NCBI RefSeq assembly: GCF_018350175.1
Contig: NC_058368.1
Location: forward strand, 100,008,001 to 100,072,000
Source: Felis catus
Lineage: Eukaryota
Direction of reading: 5' to 3'
Length of the DNA stretch: 64,000 nt
The position numbers and the translations under genes were made by a program. The notes beneath the pieces are model-generated. The model saw only the letters and a program-made list of their open reading frames with translations. It did not search any database and was not told the DNA's origin. Of this stretch, positions 61,975-64,000 are shown piece by piece. Numbering within the stretch: the first letter of the stretch is position 1; every line of letters starts with the position of its first letter.

Positions 61975-63890
61975 TATTTTTTTTTAATTGAAGTATAGTT
62001 GACATACAACATTCTGTTCATTTCAGGTATACAACATAGAGATTCAACATTTGTACACATTATAAAATGATCACTGTGGTAAATCTAGTTATTTTTTTGT
62101 CATCACACAAACTTATTACAAGTTTATTGACTATATTTCCTATGTTATACTTTTCTTCCCTGTGACTTCCTTATTGTATAACGGAAAGTCATAGCTCTTA
62201 GTCTCCCTCGCCTATTTCACCCATCCTTCCACTACTCCCCTCCCCTGTGGCAACCAGCAGCTTATTCTCAGGATTGATGATTCTGTTTCTGTTTTGCATG
62301 TTCATTTAGCAGGTTTTTTAGATTCCACATATAAGTGAAGTCATATGGTATTTGTCCTTCTTGTTCTGACTTATTTCACGTAGCATGATACCATGTAGGT
62401 CCATCCATGTTGTCTCATACACATCACGTCTCCTTTATCCATTTGTCCATCAGTAGATACCTAGGTTGCTTCCATATCTGGTTATTGTAAATGATACTGC
62501 AGTGAACTTAGGGTGCATGTGACTTTTCAAATTAGTGTCTTCATTTTCTGAGCAGAATTGCTAGAAGTGGAATTGCTGGATCATGTGGTAGTTCTATTTT
62601 TAATTTTTTTTTTTTTTTTTTTTTTTGAGGATGCTGTTTTCCACAGTGGCTGCACCAGTTTACATTTTCACCAAGAGTACATGAGGGTTTCCTTCTCTTC
62701 ATATCCTCATAAACACTTGTTATTTTATTTATTTATTTATTTATTTATTTATTCATTTATTTTTCTTGATAATAGCTAATCTGACAGGTATGGTGTAGTA
62801 GCTCATTGTAGTTTGTCATTTCCCTGATGGTTAATGATTTTGAGCATCTTTTTAATGTACCTATTGGCCATCTATAGGTCTTCTTTGGAAAAAGAACATC
62901 TATTCAGGTCCTCTACCTGCTTTTAAATTAGAGGATTGATTTTTTTTTTTTTTTTTTAATATTGAGTTTTAGGAGTTCTAAACCCTTATCATATATGTCA
63001 TTTGTGAGTGTCCTCTTCCATTTTGTAGGTTGCCTTTTTGTTTTGTTAATGATTTCCCTTGCTAAGCAAAAGCTTTTTGGTTTGCTATAGTCCTTGTTTC
63101 TTTATCTTTGCTTTTGTTTTTCTGGCCTATAGGCTGATCCCAAAAAATATTGGTAAAACCATTGTCCAAGAGCTTACTGCCTATGTTTTATTCTAGGGTT
63201 TGAGGTCTTAACATTTAGGACTTGAATACATTTTGAGTTTTGGTTTTGTTTTTTTTGGTTTATGGTGGAAGGAAATGGTCCATTTTCATTCTTTTGCATG
63301 TACCTGCCCAATTTTCCCAGCATTTATGGAAGAGACTGCCTCTTTCCTATTGTACATTCTTGTGTACTTTGTTATAGATTAACTGACCGTGCAGCATGGG
63401 TTTATTTCTGGGCTCTCTATTCTTTTTCCATTGATTAAGTGTTTTTTGTGCCAGAACCATACTATTTTGATTACTATAGCTTTGTAGTATTGTTTGACAT
63501 CTGGAAGTGTGATACCTCCTGCTTTTTGTTTTTACTCAAGATTGCTTTGGCTACTTGGGGTCTTTTGTGGTTCCATGCAAATTTTAGAAATATTTGTTTT
63601 AGTTCTCTGAAATATGCAATTGGTATTTGGATAAGGATTACATGGAATCAGTGAATTGCTTTGGGTAGTATAGACATTTTAACAGTATTAATTCTTCCAG
63701 TCATGAGCATGGTATAACTTTCATTTGTGCCATCTTCCATTTTTTTCATCAGTGTCTTATAGTTTTCAGAGAAGGTCTTTCATCTCTTTGGTTGAATTTA
63801 ATCTTAGATATTTTACTCTTTTGGTGTAATTGGGATTGTTTTGTTAGTTTTTCTTTCTGACAGCTTGTTATTAGTGTGTAGAAATGCAAC
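61975..63890 (-). mobile_element. Older L1 (L1MA/L1_Carn-like) 3' UTR and ORF2 3' part, antisense in SRFBP1 intron 3
   Basis: TTTTAATTGAAGTATAGTTGACATACAA 3' end; CCACAGTGGCTGCACCAGTTTACATT; GTGCCAGAACCATACTATTTTGATTACTATAGCTTTGTAGT (reverse of [11 protein letters not shown]). Confidence 0.9.
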
Positions 63891-63893
63891 GGA

Positions 63894-64000
63894 CTTTTTT
63901 TTTTTTTAATTTTTTTTTTTCAACGTTTATTTATTTTTGGGACAGAGAGAGACAGAGCATGAACGGACGAGGGGCAGAGAGAGAGGGAGACACAGAATCG
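63894..64000 (-). mobile_element. Young felid SINE (SINEC_Fc-like), cut off by the window edge
   Basis: T tract then CAACGTTTATTTATTTTTGGGACAGAGAGAGACAGAGCATGAACGG. Confidence 0.9.

Noticed and set aside
3146..62005. Many 60-115 aa ORFs of the type MAQSVK..SAQVMIS..LEPA
   Set aside because: Translations of CAN-SINE bodies, not genes
46886..64000. SRFBP1 exon 4 (expected to begin ELKPD..)
   Set aside because: I could not find a matching frame with splice sites; it probably lies beyond the window
1..64000. Prokaryote-style systems (CRISPR arrays, operons, defence islands) or a novel multi-gene system
   Set aside because: The sequence is mammalian; the regularly recurring motifs are SINEs and microsatellites, not repeat-spacer arrays

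Overview
Mammalian genomic DNA, almost certainly from a cat-family (Felidae) animal, judged from about 29 carnivore CAN-SINEs (several of the young felid SINEC_Fc type) and a carnivore L1. The only protein-coding gene I can support is the 5' part of SRFBP1 (serum response factor-binding protein 1) on the + strand. It has a CpG-island promoter at ~34.8-35.3 kb and coding exons 1-3 (35087-35122, 45591-45679, 46711-46783; 66 codons, [66 protein letters not shown]). Intron 3 runs past the window end. The rest is intergenic or intronic and repeat-rich: a frameshifted L1 3' end (1-2335), an antisense L1 in intron 3, old L1M/L2/MIR fragments, MaLR and ERV LTRs, DNA-transposon MITEs (Tigger2-, MER45-, MER117-, MER94-like), a decayed hAT transposase on the - strand at ~26.8-27.6 kb, and microsatellites. 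I found no convincing novel multi-gene system. The best hypotheses are regulatory: a bidirectional promoter with outward-facing splice donors and possible divergent spliced RNA, alternative SRFBP1 donors, and a 162-nt stop-free exon 2-3 cassette flanked by inverted SINEs that could form a circRNA with an endless ORF. Repeat subfamily names come from recall of consensus motifs, not a database search, and repeat boundaries are approximate.
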